A DNA stretch of 64,000 nucleotides from Octopus bimaculoides (taxonomy: Eukaryota): positions 45,971,786 to 46,035,785 of the forward strand of contig NC_068981.1 in NCBI RefSeq assembly GCF_001194135.2. Direction: 5' to 3'. Position numbers and translations under genes: made by a program. The notes under the pieces were generated by a model. The model saw nothing but the letters and a program-made list of their open reading frames with translations, had not been told where the DNA came from and ran no database searches. This document shows positions 27,954 through 38,960 of the stretch, piece by piece (position 1 is the stretch's first letter; each line of letters begins with the position of its first letter).

Positions 27954-28878
27954 NNNNNNNNNNNNNNNNNNNNNNNNNNNNNNNNNNNNNNNNNNNNNNN
28001 NNNNNNNNNNNNNNNNNNNNNNNNNNNNNNNNNNNNNNNNNNNNNNNNNNNNNNNNNNNNNNNNNNNNNNNNNNNNNNNNNNNNNNNNNNNNNNNNNNNN
28101 NNNNNNNNNNNNNNNNNNNNNNNNNNNNNNNNNNNNNNNNNNNNNNNNNNNNNNNNNNNNNNNNNNNNNNNNNNNNNNNNNNNNNNNNNNNNNNNNNNNN
28201 NNNNNNNNNNNNNNNNNNNNNNNNNNNNNNNNNNNNNNNNNNNNNNNNNNNNNNNNNNNNNNNNNNNNNNNNNNNNNNNNNNNNNNNNNNNNATATATAT
28301 ACCCATACATAATCACACACATGCACAAACACACATGCACACAAACACACATACACACACAAATACACATATATATCTATATACTCTTCACTTGCAATCC
28401 GCTATGGTTTCGTGGCATGTCACTTATATTCACGAATTACTTAGCTACCTAAGTAATGGAGGAAACAAAAGCACATACTCGCCTCTCTAAAAGAGTTAAA
28501 CAGGCAATATTTCTGACCAAGCGAGTTTCCTTAGGATTTGATTGGTACATATATTCTCTCAAATACACACTACCTTCATCAAATAATACTTCTTTACATC
28601 GAGGAAGAGATTGGACTTTTATCCAAAATGTTAGGCCAAATAATTTAAGAGTATGAATTTAACTCTAGGCAATCTACTATCATAAAAAATTCATTAACTT
28701 ATAGACAAACGCTCAAACGCACACAGCCATGCACAGATTCAGACACAGACACACATATAACAACATTGATTTATAAGTATACATACATATACACACATAC
28801 ACATATGCCTAAATCTCTATATATAGGTATATGCATATATGTATATATATGTATGTATGTATGTATATATCTCCATAT

Positions 28879-28909
<31 letters not shown>

Positions 28910-29640
28910 NNNNNNNNNNNNNNNNNNNNNNNNNNNNNNNNNNNNNNNNNNNNNNNNNNNNNNNNNNNNNNNNNNNNNNNNNNNNNNNNNNNNNNNNNNN
29001 NNNNNNNNNNNNNNNNNNNNNNNNNNNNNNNNNNNNNNNNNNNNNNNNNNNNNNNNNNNNNNNNNNNNNNNNNNNNNNNNNNNNNNNNNNNNNNNNNNNN
29101 NNNNNNNNNNNNNNNNNNNNNNNNNNNNNNNNNNNNNNNNNNNNNNNNNNNNNNNNNNNNNNNNNNNNNNNNNNNNNNNNNNNNNNNNNNNNNNNNNNNN
29201 NNNNNNNNNNNNNNNNNNNNNNNNNNNNNNNNNNNNNNNNNNNNNNNNNNNNNNNNNNNNNNNNNNNNNNNNNNNNNNNNNNNNNNNNNNNNNNNNNNNN
29301 NNNNNNNNNNNNNNNNNNNNNNNNNNNNNNNNNNNNNNNNNNNNNNNNNNNNNNNNNNNNNNNNNNNNNNNNNNNNNNNNNNNNNNNNNNNNNNNNNNNN
29401 NNNNNNNNNNNNNNNNNNNNNNNNNNNNNNNNNNNNNNNNNNNNNNNNNNNNNNNNNNNNNNNNNNNNNNNNNNNNNNNNNNNNNNNNNNNNNNNNNNNN
29501 NNNNNNNNNNNNNNNNNNNNNNNNNNNNNNNNNNNNNNNNNNNNNNNNNNNNNNNNNNNNNNNNNNNNNNNNNNNNNNNNNNNNNNNNNNNNNNNNNNNN
29601 NNNNNNNNNNNNNNNNNNNNNNNNNNNNNNNNNNNNNNNN
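28910..29640. other. Assembly gap (largest of many N runs, most flanked by (TA)n or (TG)n)
   Basis: N run. Others are near 5992, 17385, 25407, 27953, 33065, 37348, 46698, 59820 and 63669. Gaps may hide exons. Confidence 0.99.
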
Positions 29641-30628
29641 ATATAATATAGATTTAATCAAAAGATTAAATGTGGTACTTAAAATGCTTCAGGCAGCAGA
29701 ATTTGGTAGGATAAAAACCAAAAACAAAATCAAGAGATTTGGTGAATAAAATTTGAAGTTAAGCAACAAAAATTCAATAGGTTATAGCAGTACGTACGTT
29801 TCGTACAAGCTCTATTTATTCATGTAGTGAGAACACCACAGAAAATACAATGAAAATGTACTCCTCAGCTGCATAATGGAATTTCATTTTAGAAAGTCAT
29901 TTTGAAGTTGTTTGCAAAAAACAAGAGTAAGAGAAGAAAACACATCTCGACTATGCTGCTGTTTCACAAGAATTTAAAATCTAATTGGAGGGATAGTAGT
30001 AATTTCAAATTGTGAGGAAGGTAGGTTAGGTAGTGGTGGACAGCAGGTTAGGGGTAAATCAAGCATGAGAGACAGAAAAAAAAAGAAAAAGAAGAAAAGA
30101 AAGTAATGGAAGGGCAATACCCTAAGGTGTGGTAAGAATTTGGAAAAAATGTAAGGTAAGGGAATTAAGGTCAAGGTATTAAAGAAATATATCTATTCTA
30201 CAGTATAAATAGAATAATGCAATGAAGCACAGGATTACTAAGTTCAAAACTATAGGGAACAATAATAATTAGAACAAGATAAACATATCCAGTTAAAATA
30301 AGATATAAATTAATATGGGGTGGTATTATTTATGGGTAAAACTATAAAATTAAGGGCCAAAATCCAAACAGAATGAAAGGGGAAGAGGGAGAGGAATAGA
30401 GTTAGAAAAACAGGACTAAATTAAGAGAAATAAAGCTAAGGTTTTCGAAAAAGACTCAGAATAACTTAGAGAAAATGTAGGACTACTATCAGTGAGTTGG
30501 GAAAGGTTAAAATGTATTCTAAGTATATATTAAAAGTCATACCTCAAATAAAATAGTTATTAGTCAGGGAATGAGAGAAACTAAATTAACAAATTTTGCA
30601 AGATTTACTTTTTAAAAAATATATACTT

Positions 30629-31975
30629 TTAAAAATATTTAAAGGTGCGGGAGTAACAATGTACACATAGAACCCTAATGTCAGATCTATTGTTAATTAG
30701 ATTAGGGTTATCCTTAAGTTTAAAAAATTCGTAAATTTCCATAGAGCACTGTCCACAGCCATATCTACTATTTCTATAAGGTTGTGCTCTCCTGATGATT
30801 TCCCATTTAAGATTAAAATCAATACTATTTTCCTTCAATTCCCAAATTTCATTAGATAATGATGTGCTATTGGCTTTATGTTTAAGTCTAAATGAAGAAA
30901 AATGGTTATATAATCGCTGTTTAAGATTGATTGTGCAACCAACATAAATGTAATTATTAGTTGGAGTAGTTACTGTACATTTATAGATGCACTACGAGTT
31001 AAACAACGGCCAGATACTGGACTGTGGGCTTTAATTCTACAATTGCAATTAAGGGGCTTATTAGCTATATATATATTGCTATGTTGATTATTGATACAAG
31101 TATCTAAATTATTTACATCAATATTGCTGGTTGTATTATTAGATATGCAATTGATATTGTTTGAGCTAGGAAGATTTATCTCATCAACTATGTTAACAGT
31201 TGAAGTATTAATATGTTCATTAACATGTCCATGATTATTGGTTGCGTTGGTGTTATTAATAGTTTGGTAGTTATTTGTATTGTTATCAATAATAAGACAA
31301 TTTTTATTTTCAAGAGTCCTAGCTAGTTTAATGTGTTTTTCTTTTTAACTTATTGATAATAGATATTATTTGGTTTGGAGTATAGTGTTGAAGGCCTCAT
31401 TGTTATGTCGGTTGTGTGTGGAGATGTAAGGCAGGGTCTTCAATTTTTCTTCCTTCTTTGGTTTTGGTTGTCTAAGTTCTTATGTATTGAATTTCAGGAA
31501 TCGTTGGATCGTATTGTTGATTAAGGTTTGTGGGTAATTCCTATTGATAAGTGTAGTTTTTAGTTCTTAGAGTTATGTGTAACGGGTGTTTGTGTCTGAT
31601 ACTATTGTGCATATTCTTTTGGGTAAACTAAATGAAATATTCATCCTCGTGTGTCTCGGGTGGCAAGAATTAAATGGCAGGTACTGTTTCGAGTCCGTAG
31701 GTGTGTAATAGATATTTTGTCTCTATTTTGTTCCCGATTTCTTAATAAGGATATCTATAAACGGTACTTGTTCCTGATTATATTCTATCGTAAATTGGAG
31801 GTTTTCATTTATTCTATTTAGAAGTGTTTTGAATTCATTAAGTTTCTCTACACTTTCATTCCAGAGGATGAAACAGACATCGAGATATCTTTTCCATTTG
31901 TTTTTAATGTAGGAATTTTTAATTTCACATATCCTTGCTGACTTGGAAACTTAGTACGGATCCCTAGCTATGAGG
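30629..31975 (-). mobile_element. Penelope-like element (PLE): RT C-terminus plus GIY-YIG endonuclease, 5-prime truncated, degenerate
   Basis: The RT part reads KWKRYLDVCFILWNESVEKLNEFKTLLNRINENLQFTIEY...VPFIDILI, then IYYTPTDSKQYLPFNSCHPRHTRMNISFSLPKRICTIVSD. The endonuclease reads CNCRIK...GRCL...IYKCTV...YIYVGCTINLKQRLYNHFSSF...SLSNEIWELK...KWEIIRRAQPY...CGQC...LINNRSDIRVLCVH. These are canonical PLE motifs, broken by a few stops and frameshifts. Confidence 0.9.
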
Positions 31976-31989
31976 TTAGAACTTAACTG

Positions 31990-32200
31990 ATATCCAATTA
32001 TACCACTTACGCAAGAGCAAGACACCTCATTTCACGTTGCTGCAGTTCACTCAGCTGAAAAATATATAGTACCCGTATTTCATAGGGCCATATTCATTCG
32101 GGACACGTTTCTGTTGAGTGCTCAGCCACTTTCACTTAACTCCATGTGCAGGCTTTTCCGTTGATCGGGTCAACTGTAACCCTCGTCGTTGTGACTGCCA
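31990..32200 (+). mobile_element. SINE with CORE-like body and RTE-type 3-prime tail
   Basis: gcaagacacctcatttcacgttgctgcagttcactcagctg, followed by the tail gtgctcagccact...ttccgttgatcgggtcaactgtaaccctcgtcgt shared with the SINE at 48380-48760. Confidence 0.7.
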
Positions 32201-32747
32201 GTTAACACACACACACACACACAAACGCAGGCATATGTATAGTTCTATGAGATTATAATGTTATAAGTAATGACACACACCCACACTCATTGTGTTGAGT
32301 TAGATGTTGTTCAATAATATGGTAACTTATTTACTTTATTCGTCAGTTAGATCCAAAACAGCCTAGAATTCAAAGTTCTTCCAGTTCTATAATACAGCAC
32401 TGATATCATGTTTTTCCCTTTGAGGTGAAGAACTCCTTCACTGAAGTCTACACCTTCTTTGGTTGATGTAGAGTCGCGAGTGTGGGAACCGAGCCATGGT
32501 TCGGAACAAATAAGAATCCGAGGGAGGCAATACCGCACTCTATACAGTGTAGATTCGTTCGGACCGATATAATAAGTGCCGGACTACAAAAATTACGTGC
32601 TTTTATCAATTTGTTCTACTAAAGTTCTTCAAGTCATTGCACACAGAATTGCCGCAGTCTAATGATTGAAACAGATAAATGATAAAACACATACGTATGT
32701 ATGTATGTATTTATGTATGTATCTATATATATATATTTCTCTCTCTA

Positions 32748-32827
<80 letters not shown>

Positions 32828-32955
32828 TGTTTTGCAAGATTTTTGATGTGAAATCGTGTGTTGAAACAGATGTTGTTGTACTTGGGGATGGTCATATTGC
32901 GAGTTTAGCCAATAAAAACACACGCACTGTATATTTGGTGTTAATTTGCTTCAGC

Positions 32956-33064
32956 TTTATATTACATTAATCTTAATCTTATTTCGGCCAGAGTTCTGAT
33001 GAGGTCACAGAAGTGTGACGAAAGAACTCTGGCCGAAATAAGATTAAGATTAATGTAATATAAA
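32956..33064 (+). ncRNA. Hammerhead-ribozyme-like core enclosed in a perfect 41-bp inverted repeat
   Basis: CTGATGA at 32996-33002, stem II GTCACA-GAAG-TGTGAC at 33004-33019, GAAA at 33020-33023, then GAAC-TC. Arms 32956-32996 and 33024-33064 are exact reverse complements. Stem I geometry is non-canonical and the feature abuts a gap. Confidence 0.4.
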
Positions 33065-33258
33065 NNNNNNNNNNNNNNNNNNNNNNNNNNNNNNNNNNNN
33101 NNNNNNNNNNNNNNNNNNNNNNNNNNNNNNNNNNNNNNNNNNNNNNNNNNNNNNNNNNNNNNNNNNNNNNNNNNNNNNNNNNNNNNNNNNNNNNNNNNNN
33201 NNNNNNNNNNNNNNNNNNNNNNNNNNNNNNNNNNNNNNNNNNNNNNNNNNNNNNNNNN

Positions 33259-33321
<63 letters not shown>

Positions 33322-35344
33322 GTGTGTGTGTGTGTGTGTATGTGTGTGTGCCTGTATTTGTGTGTATCTTCACATGATTGTGTTTGCGTGCGCGCGTGTG
33401 TGGAATGGTATCAAGTCGAACTCTACATTGTAAAATTGACTGTCTGAAACGTAGACTATGCTCAAATATTTACTTAAAATAATCACTGTATAGAAAAATG
33501 CCTTTGTATAGAATCGCATTCTGGCGTTTATGCTCATTGATATTTCCGCCTCCACACCAAACATTGAGTAACTAACATTTCTTTTTCTTTTTCTCTGTTG
33601 CTAGTATATTTATCCTACATCAAGACCAAATAATATTTATGTTAGCATTAATGATATATTCTGCCAGTATACAAAGGTGAAATAAAAAAAAAAGATTAAC
33701 ATGTTATCGGTGTAAGAAACGAATCTTACAGCAGGTTTGCGTCTCGGCAATGTTTAAATTACACATCGATGAATTTGATTGTATATTCATGTATTCCTTT
33801 GTGATTCTTTATTCTTATACATTACGGTTTACATTATGCTATCAGTTGGTAAGAAGAAATACATATACATCAAATATCTAACGCCAACACTTAATTTTCC
33901 CCGAAAAGCTATTACATAGTCAATATCACCTCTCCATTATTATTTCTTATATACACAAATGTACTGGATCTCTCGAATTTCAAGGACAGTAGGTAAATTC
34001 ATATTAATGGAAATCTGAAAACAATACCCACGATCAACTTTTTGCTGCGTGGTATATAGCAAAACGCTTAAAGGGTCAGCTAACGACTAATGTAGTAAAA
34101 TTTAATTCATAGGATATTAGTTAAGATGCATAATGTGTTCTGTATATGTCCGTTTCAACATGTTTAATGCAGGTATTTGCATACGTGAGAACCCGAATCA
34201 CGGCGCAAAATGTAAATGCCGGTAGTTTCATCCATTTGACTTATTCGTCAGAACCAAATTCTGAAGGCGCGTCGTGGAAATGAACTGAAACAAACTAGCA
34301 TTCACACACAGACAGTTCAGCAGCATGGACATATCGTTATAATAAGAGAGACAAGTAAAAGAAAAATTAAAACTCTGTATGTGTATGTGCGCGTGCGCAT
34401 GCGTACATGAATATGTGTGCGCGCACACATGTGTGTCCGTGTATGTGTGCATTGTTATGTATATCAAAGTATAATTTTATATTTGCTAACTTACCAAAAG
34501 ATTTCAAACCAGAAATGGAGAGACAAAATCCAGTAATCATCAGAAATAATTTAATAGAACACTGCATCTTAGTTTAGTTCTTCTCAATTCAGAGGCTTGA
34601 ATCAAATCTGAATGTTTTAAAATCCCAAGAGAATTTTATGGATGCAAGAAACACACGGATCAAACCGAAATGTTAAAGAACAGGACTGTTCAATTATTAC
34701 GTAGGATTTATGCGTCTTGAATTGGTTCCTTTAATCAGCAGCTAAACGGTACCCTCAGTCTATATATTATTTTTCCTGTAGTGTAGTGGTAGGATACCAA
34801 GAGAGTGAGGTAGGGATGCGAATGGAAGGACGGGAGTGCGACGATGAAGGATATTTTATATAACTTTTGATGTATAAAATACAATCTTCACCTATTTTCT
34901 ACCCGAACAAATCTTTGTAAAGCATATTCGGAAATAACCAATATAAGCTGCATTTCTCGATTCTTCGTTTAAAATATGGATATTTATTTCAGATCTAGCT
35001 AGTTTTGTGTAAGGAAACAAAATATACAAAAAATTGGAAGTGATAGCTTTTACTGTCCAGCCTACTAAACATCGTTTTAAAGCACATAACGAATGCGCAT
35101 TTCAAAATGTATCATTTAATGTCCCCATAAATTGCGGAATATATTCAAGGGAATCAGTTTCAACATATTTACTCAGAAATTGTTTGAAAATATCAGCAGC
35201 ATTGAAATTATAATTTCTTTGGACAAGACCGTAAAAATATACAACTATTATTCAAAGATTCACTTCCATCTAACTGAATCTTCACTTCCAACTTGAGTTT
35301 TAACATTTTGATTAGAACAGTAAAGAGTTAATATCACGGAGATA

Positions 35345-35480
35345 GCAAAAGGCTTACCGACATTGCATCTGTCTTTACATCCTGGGTCCAAATGCCACCG
35401 GAGTAGACTTTACGTGTCATCCTTTCGGGGTCGATAAAATAAGTACCATTTAAAAATTGTTCTCGATGTAATCGACAAAC
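35345..35480 (+). mobile_element. SINE (MetaSINE-like core)
   Basis: gtcatcctttcggggtcgataaaataagtacc...cgatgtaatcgac. Confidence 0.75.
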
Positions 35481-36756
35481 TACTTTATTTTAAACAAATA
35501 TTACCCAAATAGAAATTTTTTCGGGGAGAGAATTGTCATTTGACAATTAATAATATGCTATGTTAAAGAAAACGAATGACCTGCAGGGGCACCGTATTTC
35601 TTATTGCACTCGTTAAATATTGCACGATATATCAAACGCTCTTATAAGTCAACATTGTGCTAGCGGTGCTATCATATCAATTGTTAAGGTTACGTCTACA
35701 GATTTTCTACAGAAATTATAATCAGCGCTGATTTTGTAACGACGTTTCGTGTCCGAGTACGCCAAATCTATATCTATAACATTAAGTATTTTTTTTTGTT
35801 TTTGTTTTTCACAAACAATGAACAATTCTTCAATGATTGTAGAATGCTTACTGACTTCGCGAATGAAAGTATTTCAGTTTCTGTCAACTTTAGGGTGAAA
35901 AGGTACAGGTTAAAGTTACATATCCCGGGTGAAATCTGATTCAGATATTTAATGATTAATTTAGTAAACGGAATATACACGTCGAATAATTATTGTTTAG
36001 TTCAGCAAACATATAATGAAACAATATTTAACGAACATTATCTGCCATATTCTTATAAAAATATAAGAAATTAAAAAAAGGAATGAAGAATGTTATTCAT
36101 GAATATGGTTCTATATTTTCAAGAAGAATATTTAATGGAAAACATAATTAAAAAGATGTCATGCCATGAATTTGATTTTCTTCCCATTATTTTATTTTTC
36201 TGATAACATTTCTTTGTATAAGTCAATGTTTGATGTGACACGTATTAATTCTCATTAATGTGGATATATTTTTTTGCTGGTAGTTGATAATTATTCCTGC
36301 AAAATGATTCTCACATCTGAAATTATATTTCAACTGCTATATCAATGAATTGGTTCCGATAGAATCACTGTAATAACGACTGTAGGAAAAACATCTCCAA
36401 TTACGAAAACATATTTTAGCAAATACTTGAATAAAACTACATTAAGTGATGCACGAATTTATTGAGAGATCATATGAGAAAGCTCCGAAATACGAATTGA
36501 TTTGTGGTCGAGGAATTCATATCTTCATACATATATTTTAAAGTATTTTTTATAAACAAAGAATCTTTCAATTTGTGTAAATATTTACTGTTTTCAATTG
36601 GTTTATCGTCCTTATATGTGATTAAAAAACAATCATCATAATTAGAAAAATATCAGTTTAATATCCACATGTTCAATTATACATATACACAAGTATATAT
36701 ATGTGTGTGTCTGCACATAGTAAGAGAGAGGGAGTTAGAGAGAGAGAGTGAGAGAC

Positions 36757-37050
36757 GAGACATGGCTGTGTGGTAAGAAGCATCGTTTGATGAAAGCTAA
36801 AGAAAGACCATCATTTATTTATGTGTGTGTGGGTGTATTTGTCCACCACAAACCACTTCAAGATTTTAGTGAGTTTACATAAACGAAATTTAGCCGTTCG
36901 GTCAAAGATACCAAGAGAGTATGCACCAAGGTTGATGCTCTCAACTAGAATTTATCACGTGTGTGCTCTAGCATGACCACAAATTAATGACTGAAGGAAA
37001 TAAAAGAAATGCACAAGGACACATATACTTAAACATGTCTGTATTTCCAT
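36757..37050 (+). mobile_element. Composite octopus SINE (CORE/OR head with long 3-prime body), internally deleted
   Basis: catggctgtgtggtaagaagc...ttgtccaccacaaaccactt...ttagccgttcggtcaaagatacc...gctctagcatgaccacaaattaatgactgaaggaaataaaaga. A homolog is at 60105-60462 (minus). Confidence 0.65.
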
Positions 37051-38339
37051 GACACAACTAGCACTATTCTTGTTCTACATTCATACATGTGTGTCTGGGT
37101 GTATCTCTGTTTGTAGACATATGTTTATGTGCTGTTACAAATAATACAACATTTTAACCTTAATCTGATGGTTTACTGTATACATTTGTTGAGTTGAAAG
37201 TTAACGTTCTTATGCAAGAATTTCGTTCACAGTGACCTCGACGTTTCAGTCAGGTAAGCGTTCGTTGGACTGCCGAAGGTGGCTTAGCTGCCCTGAAACA
37301 TTGAAATCACTGTGAACTACATTCTTGTTTCTTGTAAAAGAATACTANNNNNNNNNNNNNNNNNNNNNNNNNNNNNNNNNNNNNNNNNNNNNNNNNNAAG
37401 ATATGCATGTGTGATTGTGTATCGTGAAAGTAGTGAATAAAACATTGATGAAGAAAACAAGGAGGGTTCAAGTATCAAAACTCATTATAAAATCAGTTTA
37501 ATGTCTTAATGTAGTCATTCATAAGAATAAAAGTATAAAAAGCAGTACTGGTGACGAGTGGAAGAAAGAAACATTCGTTCGAGGAAATAAATCGGTCAAG
37601 AAGTGTTAACAGCCAAGTTACAATGTGGTTCTCTAAGGAGTGTTATGAAAGGTGAATGGCGCGCGCGTGTGTGCATGTATAGGACTGTGTGCGGGTACTG
37701 GGGGAAAATGAAGTTGAGCGGGGATGCTGTATCATGTAAATGTTATGGGTTCCTCTTTGTAGATGTGAGGGAGTATTAAAGGGCAGGATAGTGACGATTT
37801 GGGTTGTTGATATGTATATAGAATTGTATATTGTGCGAGATGAAAGTGGAAAAGAGGTGGAAACGAATGCATGTATGAGTTGAAAGAAAAAGTAAGATCT
37901 ATAGAGAAAGTATACTAGAAATATCTGCAAAGTTATGAACCTTAAATGCTGTTGGGAGGGAAGTGAGACACGAAACAGAAAATACTGAGAAAGAAAAAAA
38001 TGTAATATAATATTTGCAAAAGAAAAAAAATATATGTTTCAGACAAGAAAATTAATGGAGCACTTAGAAGGGCAAGGTAAACATGATAGGTGTGTGAGCA
38101 CGTGTCAGAATTTAAAGCGCAATACATATAGGTGGAAGGGGGAAAATGAAAAGAAAATAAGACAAAAAAGCAATAAAGAAAATATTTTTAACAATAAAAA
38201 AATTTTTAAATGAAGAAAAAATAAAAAAAGAAACATAGAAGAAAGGTGGGTGTTCAAACAAAGACAGAAAATAATGGGAGAAAAATCACTGATAAAAATG
38301 AAATCTATATAACATTAGGGAAACTTCTGTTGAGGTTAT

Positions 38340-38960
38340 TTCAATGGTTAAAGGTCTGTAACGGAAGAAACCGATAAGCGAAAATCAAGCGAAAGCACAT
38401 GTATGAATTTAGAGGGTTTATAAAAGAGTAGAGAGAAAAAAAAAAGAAAATATGCTTTTTCAAATATTTTACACAGTGTGAGTGATTCCAAAGTGTCAAA
38501 ATGTGGTAAAATGAGAGATTCTAGTGGAAAATCACTCAAGAAGAAAACAGACAAACTGAGTTGATTCGGAACGTTTGGCATCGGCAAAATACTGTAAACA
38601 TGGGTGGTGAATGAAAGCTGGCCGCAAGAGGAACAAGCAGATTTCTTTTCACAGGAGAGCAAGACGAGGAAGTTTGGGAAGATAGAAATGCTATGGCTAC
38701 GCGAATTAGTGCCAGGAAAACATCTTAGGGGAATGTAGATATCAGTTCATATGTGTGCTTGTGTGGGCAGAGATTAGATATGTATCAGTACGCGCGTGTT
38801 TCATATAGTATTTATAGGTATGTATGTGTGGAGTAATCAGGGGGCAAGATTTAGAGGATATGAGGCGGTTTATATGTAAGTGTAATTGAGAAGGAAAGAG
38901 TGTGGAAGTGTGTATGTAACCAGAGTATATGTTATTGGGAGCATATTAGTGGATGAGAAT
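38340..38960 (-). mobile_element. I-clade (I/Nimb/Loa group) LINE ORF1 relic with CCHC knuckle remnants
   Basis: Minus frames give YIPLRCF (cf. PYIPNPLRCF.CQ.FGH) and CEKKSACSSCGQLS...PMPNVPNQ (cf. C..CG..H...C.NC). It lies within a purine-skewed block at about 37400-39060. Confidence 0.5.
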
